A stretch of 64,000 bases of DNA from an uncultured Gemmatimonadales bacterium (GTDB lineage Bacteria > Gemmatimonadota > Gemmatimonadetes > Gemmatimonadales > JACORV01): assembly GCA_963812035.1 (NCBI GenBank), contig CAWETG010000006.1:90337-154336 (forward strand), in the 5' to 3' direction. Positions 10,816 through 21,526 of this stretch are shown one piece after another; position 1 is the stretch's first letter, and each line of letters starts with the position of its first letter. A program made the position numbers and the translations under genes. Below the pieces are notes generated by a model. That model did not search any database. It was not told where the DNA came from and saw nothing but the letters and a program-made list of their open reading frames with translations.

Positions 10816-10837
10816 GGTGTCGATTGCGGTGTCGATT
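10816..10837 (+). repeat. Direct repeat GGTGTCGATT x2, probable integrase arm-binding sites
   Basis: Exact 10-mers with 12-bp period, about 105 bp inside the att core. Confidence 0.55.
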
Positions 10838-10941
10838 CAGACCGGTTTCCTGCCGTTTCGTGGGCCAAGTCCGCCGGACAGATCGCGCGGATTGTCTAGG
10901 ATTTCCGCCATCTTGCGGGACTTGGGGCTCTGACGATAGGA

Positions 10942-10985
10942 GCCTGATAAGCGTGAGGTCGGTAGTTCAACTCTACCCAGGCCCA
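10942..10985 (+). other. att site: 3' fragment of tRNA-Ile(GAT)
   Basis: GCCTGATAAGCGTGAGGTCGGTAGTTCAACTCTACCCAGGCCCA has the anticodon loop, T arm and 3' acceptor strand; no D arm or 5' acceptor strand. Confidence 0.9.
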
Positions 10986-11026
10986 CTGAAGCAGACGCAC
11001 AGACGCACAGGCGCACAAAATCCCGA

Positions 11027-11069
11027 CGCCCTGCTTGAGGCTACGACCTTCGGCAGGGCGCTTCGTTTT
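11027..11069 (+). terminator. Putative terminator of the original tRNA gene
   Basis: CGCCCTGC...GCAGGGCG stem followed by CTTCGTTTT. Confidence 0.5.
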
Positions 11070-11213
11070 CGCCGAAACGGACTTTCGTGTCGAGGCAGTT
11101 CTACCCCGAAGGGCGATCCGGGCGTCTTGGATTAGGCTGCAGCGCGGGCGGGCAGCCATCACTCTTCCTATCCGTCTGCTAATGAAATACATCTGCAACT
11201 TCTGGAGGAGAGC

Positions 11214-11633
11214 ATGAAGAAGCCGGATGCGAGCCAAGACCAGTCGGCATCGGCGCTCATCTCGAAAAGAATCGCCGAACTCGGGGACTGGCGCGGGGAA
11301 GCCCTCAGCAGAATGCGCAAGCTCGTCAAGGCAGCAGACCCGGACGTCGTCGAGGAGTGGAAGTGGAGGGGCACTCCGATTTGGTCGCACGACGGCATAA
11401 TCTGTACTGGCGAATCCTACAAGAGCGTCGTGAAGCTGACCTTCTTCAAGGGCGCGTCTTTGAAGGATCCGACCCATCTCTTCAACGCGAGTCTCGAGGG
11501 AAACGCACGCCGCGCGATCGACATCCACGAAGGAGAAGGAGTCGACGAGTCCGCCTTCAAGGCGCTCGTTCGCCAAGCCGTCGCCCTCAACCGTTCTGGC
11601 AAGTCGAAGCCTGCGAAGAAGGCGAAGTCCTAA
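11214..11633 (+). CDS. DUF1801 (YdhG-like) protein
   Basis: [20 protein letters not shown]...[22 protein letters not shown]. Confidence 0.9.
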   Translation: MKKPDASQDQSASALISKRIAELGDWRGEALSRMRKLVKAADPDVVEEWKWRGTPIWSHDGIICTGESYKSVVKLTFFKGASLKDPTHLFNASLEGNARRAIDIHEGEGVDESAFKALVRQAVALNRSGKSKPAKKAKS

Positions 11634-11674
11634 GGTCGTTGCACTTTCGATAGCAGCGACAGGATGCGACGGCG

Positions 11675-13438
11675 TCACGCGCTCCGGCGCGCCTCTTCCC
11701 GCAGCACCTTCCGGTCGATCTTGCCGATGGCCGTTTTCGGCAGCTCGGTGCGGAACACCACGCGCCGGGGAACCTTGTATGCTGCCAGGTGGCTGCGGCA
11801 GTGCTCCCGAATCTGGCGTTCGGTCACCTCGCCCGAAGGGCACACGACGAAGGCGACCACCGCTTCGCCGGTGATGTCGTCCGGGACGCCGACGACCGCC
11901 GCCTCGGCAACGGCCGTCATGGCCGTGATGCATTCCTCGATCTGGGTCGGGAACACATTGAACGCGGAAACACTGATCAGGTCCTTCTTCCGGTCGAGGA
12001 TCGTGACGCGGCCGGCCTCGTTGACGCAACCGATGTCGCCGGTGCGCAGCCAGCCGTCGTGGAACACCGCCGCGGTCTCGTCGGGTTTGTTCCAGTAGCC
12101 GGGCATCACCTGGGGACCGCGCACCTCGATCTCACCGGCCTCGCCGACGGCGGCGACCCGGCCGTCCTCGGTGACCACGCGGATCTGGGTCATCGGCATC
12201 GGCAGTCCCAGGCCGTCGGCGTCCGGTTCGGCCGGACGCACGCGCGGACGTCCATCGCTCCCGCGCTCCTCCTCCACCTCGAGGAGCGGCTCGAAGGTGA
12301 CGCACGGCGACGCCTCGGACAGGCCGTAGCCCTGCGTCACGTGTCCACCGACCACCTCCGTCCACTCCCGGATCACCGACGCATCCACGGCGGAGCCGCC
12401 GGCGTACACGATCCGGAGACTGCGCGGCGGCTCCGCGCGGAACCACGGCTCCTTGAGCAGCAGCTTGAGCAGCGTGTTCACGGCGGTGGAATAGGAGATC
12501 GGGAATTTCCGGAACACCGGCTTGAGGTTCGACAACGGCTTGGGGCTCGGCACCAGCACCGTGCCACAGCCCAGCCAGAAACAGGTCAGGCAGTTGATCT
12601 GGAACGCGAAGATGTGATACAGCGGCAGCACCGTCAGCATGCGGTCGCGCCGGCGATCCCAGTAGAACCCCGCGATCTCGGCCAGCTGCGCGGCGTTCGC
12701 GAGCAGGTTCTGGTGGGTGAGCATGGCCGCCTTCGGCACGCCCGTCGTCCCGCCCGTGTACTGCAGCAGCGCGACGTCCTGCGGCCGCACCGCGGCGATG
12801 GACTGCTCGACAATGGCCGGCCGCGAGGCACGGGCGCTCCGCCCCGCGCGCACAGCGTGCCGCAGCGTCGTCCAGTGTCTCGGACAGCCGCGCAGCTTGC
12901 CCGTCACGCGCAGCGACGCGCGAACGACGCCACCCCGCAGCGGCGGGAAGAACTCGGCGACGCTCGTGCGAATGACGGCGCGGATGGGGACGGCCTCGAT
13001 CGCCTTCGCGACGCGCGCGGCGAAGAGATCGAGCGTCACGAGCACCGAAGCCCCGGAGTCGCGGAGCTGAAACGCGATCTCGTCGGCCGTATAGAGGGGA
13101 TTGATCCCCGTCAGCACGAGTCCGGCCTTCAAGGCGCCGAACGCCAGCAGCGGATACGCCAGGCAATTCGGGAGCATCACCGCCACACGCTCGCCGCGCT
13201 CGAGCGCCAGCACGGTGCGGAAGTACGTGGCCAAGTCGTCCGACATCCGGTCGGCCTCGGCGAAGCTCAAAGCGGCGGTGATGCCGTTGGGCAGGCAGAC
13301 CGTGAACGCCGGATCGTCGCCGTACAGCGCGGCTCGGCGCTTCACCATCTCGCCGATGTTCTGGAATTGGCTGAGAGGGAAGCTGCCGCGTATCGGGGCT
13401 GGATACGACGGGACGGAGCGAGATCCCGCTTGGGTCAA
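11675..13438 (-). CDS. fadD: Long-chain fatty acid-CoA ligase
   Basis: [29 protein letters not shown] adenylation motifs. Confidence 0.85.
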   Translation of the reverse strand: MTQAGSRSVPSYPAPIRGSFPLSQFQNIGEMVKRRAALYGDDPAFTVCLPNGITAALSFAEADRMSDDLATYFRTVLALERGERVAVMLPNCLAYPLLAFGALKAGLVLTGINPLYTADEIAFQLRDSGASVLVTLDLFAARVAKAIEAVPIRAVIRTSVAEFFPPLRGGVVRASLRVTGKLRGCPRHWTTLRHAVRAGRSARASRPAIVEQSIAAVRPQDVALLQYTGGTTGVPKAAMLTHQNLLANAAQLAEIAGFYWDRRRDRMLTVLPLYHIFAFQINCLTCFWLGCGTVLVPSPKPLSNLKPVFRKFPISYSTAVNTLLKLLLKEPWFRAEPPRSLRIVYAGGSAVDASVIREWTEVVGGHVTQGYGLSEASPCVTFEPLLEVEEERGSDGRPRVRPAEPDADGLGLPMPMTQIRVVTEDGRVAAVGEAGEIEVRGPQVMPGYWNKPDETAAVFHDGWLRTGDIGCVNEAGRVTILDRKKDLISVSAFNVFPTQIEECITAMTAVAEAAVVGVPDDITGEAVVAFVVCPSGEVTERQIREHCRSHLAAYKVPRRVVFRTELPKTAIGKIDRKVLREEARRSA

Positions 13439-13523
13439 GGAACCGGACTCCAGCTGAGCCGAAGATAATGTAGCCGTTGCTTGCCCGAACGTCGAAGCAG
13501 TGACCGCCCATAGGACTGAGATC

Positions 13524-13561
13524 GACGCCCCGCTCGAGCGGAGGATCTCGGGCGGGGCGTC
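13524..13561. terminator. Strong GC hairpin downstream of the YncE-like gene
   Basis: GACGCCCCGCTCGAG / CTCGGGCGGGGCGTC 15-bp stem. Confidence 0.5.
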
Positions 13562-13599
13562 CGGCTTACGGTGATTCGCGCTGCGGCATCACTCCATGG

Positions 13600-14535
13600 T
13601 CACGGCGCCAACACGGCAAGGATGGTCTGGGAGGTCTCGCGCGTCGCGCCCTCCCGATAGAAAACGTAGACCTTGTGCGTCCGCTCATCCACCGCGCACG
13701 TGCGCGCGCCCCCGCCCGTGGTCACCTTCTCGACCACCGAGAACGCATCCGGCGAGTCTTCGTGTACGACGGTCATGGTGCTGTCGGCCCGATTCGGGTT
13801 GAACGCGAGCCTGGCGACCGGGTCGAAGCAGTTCTGGTCGGCGCGACTTGGCACGCGGACACGCGCGACGACGTTCCCATTGTCCGCGTTCACGACCACC
13901 ATTTCCGTGTCACACGCCATGAACAGCCGGCGGCTGACCGGATCCATGGCGAGCCCCTGCGCCCTCCCGCACCCGGGAATCCTGTAGACGGCCTCGATCT
14001 TGAGCGCCTGCGCGTCGAACCGCTCGATGAACCCCGAGTCCTCGACGTTGAGAAACAGCTTCCCCCTGCCGTCGGCGACCCCGGACTCGAGCCCGTCCCC
14101 AATGCCCGTCTTCGTCACTAGTTGGCCGGTCGTCATGTCGACGATCCACGCGTCCTTGTCCCTCCACGTGAACGCGCGATGCGTGAATGGATCGTAGCGG
14201 ATCCCGTCGCCACTGGCGTCGACGTGGCCCGTGACGGCGAGCGTCGCGAGGTTGAAGACCACCCCGTTGCGGACGAATCCGCGATTCTGGTCCGCGGCAA
14301 TCGCGTAGCCGCCGCCCCCGCCGGCGACGGTGCCGACGACGGTGTCCGCGTCCACGTCGATGACCTTGTCCCCCAACCCATAGAGACGCCGGCCCACCGG
14401 GTCCACGATGATGTAGTCGGCCCGGGCGTTGCCGAGGGCCATCCGCTTGACGACGTGGTAGTGTGGGTTCTGGGCCGCGACCGGGGATGCGGCGAGGGCC
14501 AGAAGGGCGTATGCGGCGGCATGGAAGCGAAGCAT
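13600..14535 (-). CDS. Secreted YncE-like beta-propeller protein
   Basis: Signal peptide; repeated blades (DPVGRRLY, GLAMDPVSRRLF, GARTCAVDERTHKVY). Confidence 0.8.
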   Translation of the reverse strand: MLRFHAAAYALLALAASPVAAQNPHYHVVKRMALGNARADYIIVDPVGRRLYGLGDKVIDVDADTVVGTVAGGGGGYAIAADQNRGFVRNGVVFNLATLAVTGHVDASGDGIRYDPFTHRAFTWRDKDAWIVDMTTGQLVTKTGIGDGLESGVADGRGKLFLNVEDSGFIERFDAQALKIEAVYRIPGCGRAQGLAMDPVSRRLFMACDTEMVVVNADNGNVVARVRVPSRADQNCFDPVARLAFNPNRADSTMTVVHEDSPDAFSVVEKVTTGGGARTCAVDERTHKVYVFYREGATRETSQTILAVLAP

Positions 14536-14752
14536 GACAACTCCCGAATCAGGTTCGTCCTGCGTAATAGCGATCGTGGTGCGGATGAAGCGTAACTGAA
14601 CAAGCTACGTCGCCGTCGCTTGACGCGTTGCCAGCACGTTCCGCGCCGATGCCAGTGACGGGAGCCCGGCGACGCCTCGTGAACAGCTCTCGATGGTGAT
14701 ACGTTTGAGTGCGTAAAGGCGCGCGCGGCTTACCGGGCCGCATGGAGGTATC

Positions 14753-15319
14753 ATGAGGACAACGTTGCTCGTCATGCTGGCAACCGCACTTCCCGTCTCC
14801 CTCGCCGGGCAGGCTCCGCCGGGGTCGTGCACGCACCGCGGCCCCGACGACGCCCTGGCGCAGCGGGCGAGTCCGCTGGACTCGGTGCAGCTGACCGTCG
14901 ACGGTGCCGTTGTCAAAGTGTGTTACGGCCGGCCGTCGGCTCGCGGGCGGACGATCATGGGTGGCCTGGTCCCCTTCGGCGCGCCGTGGCGGCTCGGGGC
15001 CAACGAGCCCACGCGCCTCGTGCTGCCGTTCGCGGCCGATGTGGCCGGCGTGCACGTCGAGCCCGGGACCTACTCCCTCTATGTGGTGCCGCAGCAGACG
15101 AACTGGGAAGTGCACGTCAACAAGGCGGTGGACCGCTGGGGCATCCCGATCGACGCGGCGGTGCAGGCCCAGGATGTCGGGAAGGGCACGGTCGCGGTCG
15201 AAACCCTGACGGAGCCGGTCGAGCAGCTCACGCTGCGCCTGGTGGCGGGATCGCCCAGTGAGCTCGTGGTCGAATGGGAGAGGACGCGCGTCCGCATTCC
15301 GATCAAGAAGACGGGCTGA
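14753..15319 (+). CDS. DUF2911 family secreted protein
   Basis: RASP...YGRPSARGRTIMGGLVPFGAPWRLGANEPT. Confidence 0.9.
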   Translation: MRTTLLVMLATALPVSLAGQAPPGSCTHRGPDDALAQRASPLDSVQLTVDGAVVKVCYGRPSARGRTIMGGLVPFGAPWRLGANEPTRLVLPFAADVAGVHVEPGTYSLYVVPQQTNWEVHVNKAVDRWGIPIDAAVQAQDVGKGTVAVETLTEPVEQLTLRLVAGSPSELVVEWERTRVRIPIKKTG

Positions 15320-15431
15320 TCTCAGTCGTACGGCTCGTGGCTTCGGCCCCCGCTTGGTGCCAGCGCGCCAGGCGGGGGTCCTGGCGTTCGAGGCACGACG
15401 ACCAGGTCGCCGGGGCGCTCCGCACGCCGGC

Positions 15432-16136
15432 CTATCCCTCCGGGGGCACCTCGACATCGGGATAGAGCTTCCGCATGCACTCGGGGCAGATGCCGTGGCT
15501 GAACTCGGCCTCCGAGTGCTCATGGATGAAGCTCTCGATCTGGTTCCAGTAGCCACTGTCGTCGCGGATCTTCTTGCATGAAGCACAGATCGGGAGGAGC
15601 CCGCTCAGCATCTTGACCTTGGAGAGCGCGTCGCGCAGTTCGCCGATCAGCCGGTCACGCTCCGCTTCCGCCTGCTTGCGCTTGGTGATATCCCTGGAGA
15701 TGCCGAACGTGCCGACGGCGTTCCCCGCCTCGTCGTGCAGCGGCACCTTGGTCGTCGAAACCCAGGTGTCGGGACGATCGGCCCACGTCTCCCGTTCTTC
15801 CTTGGTCAACGGCTGCCCCATCCGAATGACGGCCTGCTCGTCCTCGTAGGCCTGCCGCGCGTGTTCCTGCGTAAAGAAGTCAAAGTCGGTCTTGCCCACC
15901 GCCTGCGCGGGATCGCTCAGCCCGAACAGCTGGGCGAGAGCCCTGCTGATTCTGATGAAGCGGCTGTCGCGATCTTTGAAGTAGATGAAGTCAGGAGTGA
16001 AGTTCATGAGGGTGTGCATCAGGACCTGTTCCTGAGCCAGCGCCTCCTCCGCCCGCCGGGGCTCGGTCGGGTCCCGGATCGGCGCCGCTCCGCCCGCTCT
16101 TATTGGGCCACCGTCTTTGCTATTCGAAGTTGCCAC
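15432..16136 (-). CDS. PAS/PAC protein with C-terminal Cys-rich domain
   Basis: PDFIYFKDRDSRF...GKTDFDFF...GISRDITKRK, then LLPICASCKKIRDDSGYW...FSHGICPEC; GTG start after AAAGGGGG. Confidence 0.85.
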   Translation of the reverse strand: MATSNSKDGGPIRAGGAAPIRDPTEPRRAEEALAQEQVLMHTLMNFTPDFIYFKDRDSRFIRISRALAQLFGLSDPAQAVGKTDFDFFTQEHARQAYEDEQAVIRMGQPLTKEERETWADRPDTWVSTTKVPLHDEAGNAVGTFGISRDITKRKQAEAERDRLIGELRDALSKVKMLSGLLPICASCKKIRDDSGYWNQIESFIHEHSEAEFSHGICPECMRKLYPDVEVPPEG

Positions 16137-16309
16137 TGCGCCCCCTTTAACACGCACCGCACCGCCACCGCGCTCTCGGCGGGTCGTCGCTCGCCGAAGC
16201 CGCATCGGTGGCCTGCTGCGGAAGATACGTGCAGCGCAGGCGCGCACAACGTGTCGCCGCAGAAGCACCTGATCATCTCCAGTGTCGGTGCTTGGCGCCA
16301 GCTTGCCGT

Positions 16310-18529
16310 TCAGGCGAGGTGCATCCTGCGCAGCAGCGCCTCGAAGCGCGGGTGCGAGCGCAGCGGCGCGAACAGGAACGAACCCCTGATCCCGTACACG
16401 GCGCCAGCGTGCTGCTCGAACGCCCGCTCCAGGCAATCCACGGCGCGGTCGTATTGCCCCAGGCCCGTGTACACGTAGGCCAGGTGATACGGCGAGACGT
16501 AGCTGGTCCGGGACTGCTCCTCCAGCTCGCCGAGTATCTCCCGAGCGCGGTCGACGTTGCCCGCCAGCGCACAGACCTGTCCTAGCTGGGCCAGCCAGGC
16601 GCTGTTCCCCGGTGACAGCGCCACGGCGTGCTCCAGCGCCGCCAGAGCTTCGTCGATCCTGCCCATCCTGAAGTGGACCCAGCCGAGGGTGGCGTGTCCC
16701 CGCGCGTCGGTGCGGTCGAGTGCGACCGCCCGCATGGCCGCGTCCAGGGCCTCGGCATGCCGCCCGGCCCGCAGCAGCGAGTTCGCGACATCCACCCGGT
16801 GGGCGAGTGGATCGAGCTCCTGGGCGCGCTGGTGCATCGCAATCGCCTCGTCGTAGCGCTCCAGTGCCGAGCACAGGCGCCCGTAGAGGTCGTTCGCGTC
16901 GGCGCTGTTCGGGCACAACTCGAGCGCCCGCTTGAACTCCTGTTCGGCGCCCGCCCAGTCGAACTCGTACACCAGCTTGCCATACGCCGCCGCGAGATGC
17001 GCCTCCGAGAGCTCGGGGTCGAGCGCGAGCGCGCGCGCCGCGGCGGCCTGGGCCCGCGGATAGGCCTCGTCGGCGCTCAGCACGCCGACCTCCGCGAGCT
17101 CCGTGTAGGCGGTGGCCACGCCGGCATACGCCACGGCGTAGCCCGGATCCCGCTCGATCGCCTGCTCGAACAGCGCGATCGCCCGGTGCATCGCCTCGTC
17201 GGTGTACCGGATGTAGCAGGCGCGGCCTTGGAGATAGAGCTGATATGCCCGCACGTCGCTGGTGGGCTCTCTGCCGATGCGGGCCCGCTCGTTGGGAGAC
17301 AGCTCGGCCTGGAGCGCGGCGGCGATGTGCAGCGCCACCTCCGTCTGGATGGCGAAGATGTCGGTGAGCTGGCGGTCATAGGTCTCCGCCCACAGGTGCT
17401 GGTCCGTCGCCGCGTCGATGAGCTGGGCCACGATGCGGACGCGGTCCCCCGCGCGGCGCACGCTGCCCTCGAGCAGCGTCGCCACCTGGAGCCGGGCGGC
17501 GATCTCCTTCAGACCCTGCTGCCGGCCCTTGAAGGCCATCACGGACGTACGGGAGATCACGTCCAGCGCCCGGATCTTGGAGAGCTGCGCGATGACATCC
17601 TCCGTGATCCCGTCCGCGAAGTACTCGTTCTCCGGGTCGGCGCTGAGGTTCAGGAACGGCAGGACCGCCACGGATCGCGGCCGGGGCGGGCCGGCGTACG
17701 GGGTGCTGAGCGCGTCTGCGAACGCCGTGACGGAGGCGAAGCGGTCCTCGGGTGCGATGGCGAGGGCGCGACGGATCGCGCCCTCCACGGCCTCCGGGAC
17801 GGTGTCGCGCAGCGCCCGGAGCGAGGGCATCGGAGCCGTGAACCGCCGTGCCAGTATCGCCTGGGCCGTCGGCCCCGTGAACGGCGGCTCGCCGGCCAGC
17901 ATCTCGTACAGGACGCACGCCAGGCTGTACTGGTCGCTCCGCCCGTCGAGATCCGGTTCGGCCGCCGCCTGCTCGGGGCTCATGTAGACGGGCGTTCCTA
18001 CGGCCACTCCGGCCTCGGTGATTCGCCGGCCGCGGGCGGCGCTCACGGCGCGAGCGATCCCGAAGTCCGTGACGACGGCATGGCCGCCGGCCAGGAGGAC
18101 GTTCTCCGGCTTGATGTCGCGGTGCACGACGCCGAGGCCGTGGGCGTAGGCCAGGGCGTCGGCGATCTCGCGGGTGAGGTGGAGGGCCTCGTCGATCGGG
18201 AGCCGGTGGTCACGCGCGAGGCGGTCGCGCAGCGACTCCCCGTCGATGAACGGCATGACGTAGAACAACAGCCCCGCGGCCTCTCCGCTCTCGAACAGCG
18301 GCACGACGTGCGGATGCTGCAGCTTGGCCGTGACCGCGATCTCTGCCAGGAACCGCTCGGCGCCCACGGCGGCGCCGACTTCCGGCCGCAGCACCTTGAG
18401 GGCGACCCGCCGATCGTGGCGCACGTCGTGCGCGAGATAGACGACGGCCATCCCGCCCTCGCCGAGCTGGCGCTCGACCACGTAGCGGCCGGCGAGCGCG
18501 CCGGCCACCCGTGCATCCGCTGAGGTCAT
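16310..18529 (-). CDS. Ser/Thr protein kinase with TolB-like and TPR domains
   Basis: LGEGGMAVV, VALK, HRDIKPEN, DFG; SVAVLPFLNLS; TPR repeats. Confidence 0.95.
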   Translation of the reverse strand: MTSADARVAGALAGRYVVERQLGEGGMAVVYLAHDVRHDRRVALKVLRPEVGAAVGAERFLAEIAVTAKLQHPHVVPLFESGEAAGLLFYVMPFIDGESLRDRLARDHRLPIDEALHLTREIADALAYAHGLGVVHRDIKPENVLLAGGHAVVTDFGIARAVSAARGRRITEAGVAVGTPVYMSPEQAAAEPDLDGRSDQYSLACVLYEMLAGEPPFTGPTAQAILARRFTAPMPSLRALRDTVPEAVEGAIRRALAIAPEDRFASVTAFADALSTPYAGPPRPRSVAVLPFLNLSADPENEYFADGITEDVIAQLSKIRALDVISRTSVMAFKGRQQGLKEIAARLQVATLLEGSVRRAGDRVRIVAQLIDAATDQHLWAETYDRQLTDIFAIQTEVALHIAAALQAELSPNERARIGREPTSDVRAYQLYLQGRACYIRYTDEAMHRAIALFEQAIERDPGYAVAYAGVATAYTELAEVGVLSADEAYPRAQAAAARALALDPELSEAHLAAAYGKLVYEFDWAGAEQEFKRALELCPNSADANDLYGRLCSALERYDEAIAMHQRAQELDPLAHRVDVANSLLRAGRHAEALDAAMRAVALDRTDARGHATLGWVHFRMGRIDEALAALEHAVALSPGNSAWLAQLGQVCALAGNVDRAREILGELEEQSRTSYVSPYHLAYVYTGLGQYDRAVDCLERAFEQHAGAVYGIRGSFLFAPLRSHPRFEALLRRMHLA

Positions 18530-18855
18530 GTAGGCGAATAATACGGCGGCGCGGCGGCCCGGCGACAGGGCGCACGTCCGCGGTCTGGCGCCATCGCTCG
18601 CGAGGATCTCCCGCGCGGGCAGCGGGCACGGCGCCCCGGGCGGCAGCCGCAGGCGGGGCGTCGCTATCCGGTGCCCGACTGGTTATCATTCCGTTTGGAC
18701 AGCGCAGCGCAGGGTGCTCGCTGTTCGACTCGATCCGGGCCTCCCTCGTGCGGCGGCCTTTTTTCTTGCGGCAGGCCCAGTCCGACTACGGCGCGGCCGG
18801 ACAGTGGCGGGATTCCTTAGGGCGCGATGGGCACCACTTTCGGCCAGGGGAACTC

Positions 18856-19152
18856 ATGACCGGAGCCTTCACGTTCGAGCACGGCGGTCGGACGTATTCG
18901 TGCACCACCGAGAAGCGGAAGACGCCGCCAGCGGGGACGTGGTGGTGGTTCACCGTCTCGAGCGACTCGAACCGCTATGCGCCCTTCGAGGCGGTTTCGG
19001 GCGATACGCAGCAATCGATTCGATCCCGCATCGTTGCGTACTACGAGCATCGGTTGTGGGCCCGCGCGCAGCCTGCCGCGCCGCGCCAGCACTTCGGCCG
19101 CCCGGGCAAGCCGCCGGTGCGCGCGACTCCCGAGGCGCCTGCCAAGCCGTGA
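18856..19152 (+). CDS. Hypothetical protein (98 aa)
   Basis: AGGGG SD, ATG, globular-looking sequence (TWWWFTVSSDSNRYAPF). Confidence 0.65.
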   Translation: MTGAFTFEHGGRTYSCTTEKRKTPPAGTWWWFTVSSDSNRYAPFEAVSGDTQQSIRSRIVAYYEHRLWARAQPAAPRQHFGRPGKPPVRATPEAPAKP

Positions 19153-19284
19153 GCCGGCGCCGGCAACGGGCCGGAGGCTGAAAGGCAAGAGGGTGTGACC
19201 GGGGGCCCCGCGATGCGCGGGGCCCTCGACGTGCCAGAGCATCAGGACCCCGAAAGCAGGCGAGCGCATCAGCCAGGAGCAGCC

Positions 19285-20190
19285 GTGTCCATCAGACCCG
19301 TGAAGCGCATCATCGAGGCGAAGCCGACCCTGGAGGGCGCGGGCGTGAAGCTGCGCCGCGCGTTCGGCTTCGGGAACACCCGGGATTTCGATCCCTTCCT
19401 CCTGCTGGACGACTTCCGGAACGAGAAGCCCGAGGACTACCTCGCGGGCTTCCCGTGGCATCCGCATCGCGGGATCGAGACCATCACCTACGTGCTCGCC
19501 GGCTCGGTGAGTCACGGCGACAGCCTGGGCAACTCCGGCGCGCTCGGCGCCGGCGACGTGCAATGGATGACGGCCGGCAGCGGGATCCTGCACCAGGAGA
19601 TGCCGAAGGGCGACCCGCAGGGGCGCATGCACGGCTTCCAGCTGTGGGCGAACCTGCCGTCGTCGCTCAAGATGACCGCACCGCGTTACCAGGACGTCCA
19701 GGCGCGCGACATCCCCGAGGTGACCGACGACGACGGCACGCGCGTGCGCGTCGTGTGCGGGAGCTTCTGGGGCAAGTCCGGCCCCGTGGACGGCGTGGCG
19801 GCGGACCCGCGCTACCTCGACGTGTGGGTCCCGGCGGGCCGGCGCAAGACGCTGGCGGTCGAGACCACGCGCAACGCGTTCGCCTACGTGTTCGAGGGCA
19901 GCGGCAGCTTCCGCGACGCATCGGCGCCGCAGGGTGTGCTGACCGAGCAGCTCGACCCGGCCGCCACGGTCGTCCGCGAGGAGGCGGGGAACCGGTCGCT
20001 GGTGCTGTTCGACCGGGGCGACGAGGTGACGGTGCAGGCGGGTGCCGCCGGCATCCGGTTCCTGCTGGTCTCGGGTGAGCCCATCAAGGAGCCGGTCGCG
20101 TGGTACGGCCCGATCGTCATGAACACCGAGGCGGAGCTACGTACGGCGTTCGCCGAGCTCAACGACGGGACCTTCATCAAGCACGACTGA
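19285..20190 (+). CDS. Pirin family protein
   Basis: DPFLLLD, GFPWHPHRGIETITY, QWMTAGSGILHQEMP. Confidence 0.95.
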   Translation: MSIRPVKRIIEAKPTLEGAGVKLRRAFGFGNTRDFDPFLLLDDFRNEKPEDYLAGFPWHPHRGIETITYVLAGSVSHGDSLGNSGALGAGDVQWMTAGSGILHQEMPKGDPQGRMHGFQLWANLPSSLKMTAPRYQDVQARDIPEVTDDDGTRVRVVCGSFWGKSGPVDGVAADPRYLDVWVPAGRRKTLAVETTRNAFAYVFEGSGSFRDASAPQGVLTEQLDPAATVVREEAGNRSLVLFDRGDEVTVQAGAAGIRFLLVSGEPIKEPVAWYGPIVMNTEAELRTAFAELNDGTFIKHD

Positions 20191-20227
20191 GCCGGGCCGG
20201 GGCTTCGCCACGTGGACGCCCGCACCG

Positions 20228-21496
20228 TCAGTGCCAGATGCGCGACACAACGTAGATCGCGAGCCCGACCAGCCCGCCCACCAGCGTCCCGTTGATCCGC
20301 ACGAACTGGAGGTCGCGGCCCACGGCCAGCTCGAAGCGGTGCGACGTGGCCGCCGGATCCCATCCCGCCACCGTCTGCGCGATGAAGTCGCCGATCTCCT
20401 GACGGTACTGCTCGACGACGGACACGGTGAGGTCGATGACCATGTCGTTGATCTCGTCGAGCATCGCCTGGTTGGCGATGAGCGCCGCCCCGAAGGCGCT
20501 GATGCCCCGCTCCAGCGGGCCGGGCTCGGCGCCGTCGGCCCGCGTCGCGAACCGCGTCACGGCGGACCTCGTCGTTTCCCACAGGCGGCCGGTCAGCTCG
20601 GCGACCGACGGGTCGGCGAGCCACTCCTCCTTCAGCGCCTCGGCGCGCGCGATCGCCTCGGGCGAATGCTGCAGCCGGTCGATGAAATCCCGCAGCGCCG
20701 TGTCGAACGCGCCCCGCAGCGGGTGGTTCGGGTCGGCGCCGATGCCCTGCAACATCGACTCGATGGCGGCCACGATCCGCTGGTAGAGCAGGTCGTCCAC
20801 CACGCCCGGCACCCACCACGGGCTCTCGGCCTTCACCTGCTCCCGGATCAGCTCGCGGTTGTCGTGGACCGCCTGCGCCGCGAGGCGCACGGCCTCGTTC
20901 AGCAGCTCCTGGTGCCGGTTGCCGGCCACGACCAGCGAGAGGGTCTTGCCGAGCGCCGGGGCCGCGCGGGTCGCGCGCAGCTGGGCGATCAGGGCCTGCT
21001 GGACCAGGGAGCGCATTTCCTCGTCGGAGAGGGCGTCGAGGGTCCGCGCGACGCCGCTCGCCACCTGCTGCGCGATGCGCCGGCTGTTCTCGATTTCGCT
21101 GAGCCAGCGCGCCGCGCGCTCCGCGGGGCGCACGGCCCGCAGCTTCGCGGCGACCACCTCGCGGGTGAGGAAATGACTCTGCACGAAGTCGCCGAGGACT
21201 CGTCCGATCCGCTCCTTCCGCGTGGCGACGATCGCGGTGTGCGGGATGGGTATGCCGAGGGGATGGCGGAACAGCGCGGTGACGGCGAACCAGTCGGCGA
21301 GGCCGCCGACCAGCGAGGCCTCCGCGGTGGCCCGCACGAAGCCCAGCCATGGATACCGGCCCTCGAAGCTGCGGGCCACGACGAACACCCCGGCCGCGAG
21401 GGCGAGGAGCCCGGTCGCCCGCCGCCGCATCGCGTCGAGGTGGGCCTGGCGTGTCGCGTCGTCGGGACGCGACCAGAGGGAGGCAGAGCTGGTCAT
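20228..21496 (-). CDS. DUF445 family membrane protein
   Basis: GGLADWFAVTALFRHP; GRDLQFVRINGTLVGG. Confidence 0.92.
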   Translation of the reverse strand: MTSSASLWSRPDDATRQAHLDAMRRRATGLLALAAGVFVVARSFEGRYPWLGFVRATAEASLVGGLADWFAVTALFRHPLGIPIPHTAIVATRKERIGRVLGDFVQSHFLTREVVAAKLRAVRPAERAARWLSEIENSRRIAQQVASGVARTLDALSDEEMRSLVQQALIAQLRATRAAPALGKTLSLVVAGNRHQELLNEAVRLAAQAVHDNRELIREQVKAESPWWVPGVVDDLLYQRIVAAIESMLQGIGADPNHPLRGAFDTALRDFIDRLQHSPEAIARAEALKEEWLADPSVAELTGRLWETTRSAVTRFATRADGAEPGPLERGISAFGAALIANQAMLDEINDMVIDLTVSVVEQYRQEIGDFIAQTVAGWDPAATSHRFELAVGRDLQFVRINGTLVGGLVGLAIYVVSRIWH

Positions 21497-21526
21497 CCCG
21501 CCCCAAGATAACGCGCCACCGCCGGC

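Noticed and set aside
10910..10985. Intact tRNA-Ile
   Set aside because: No D arm and no 5' strand pairing with CAGGCCC; only the 3' 44 nt match
16137..16309. Riboswitch upstream of the PAS gene
   Set aside because: Only one short hairpin (AAGCACC/GGTGCTT); no known aptamer consensus
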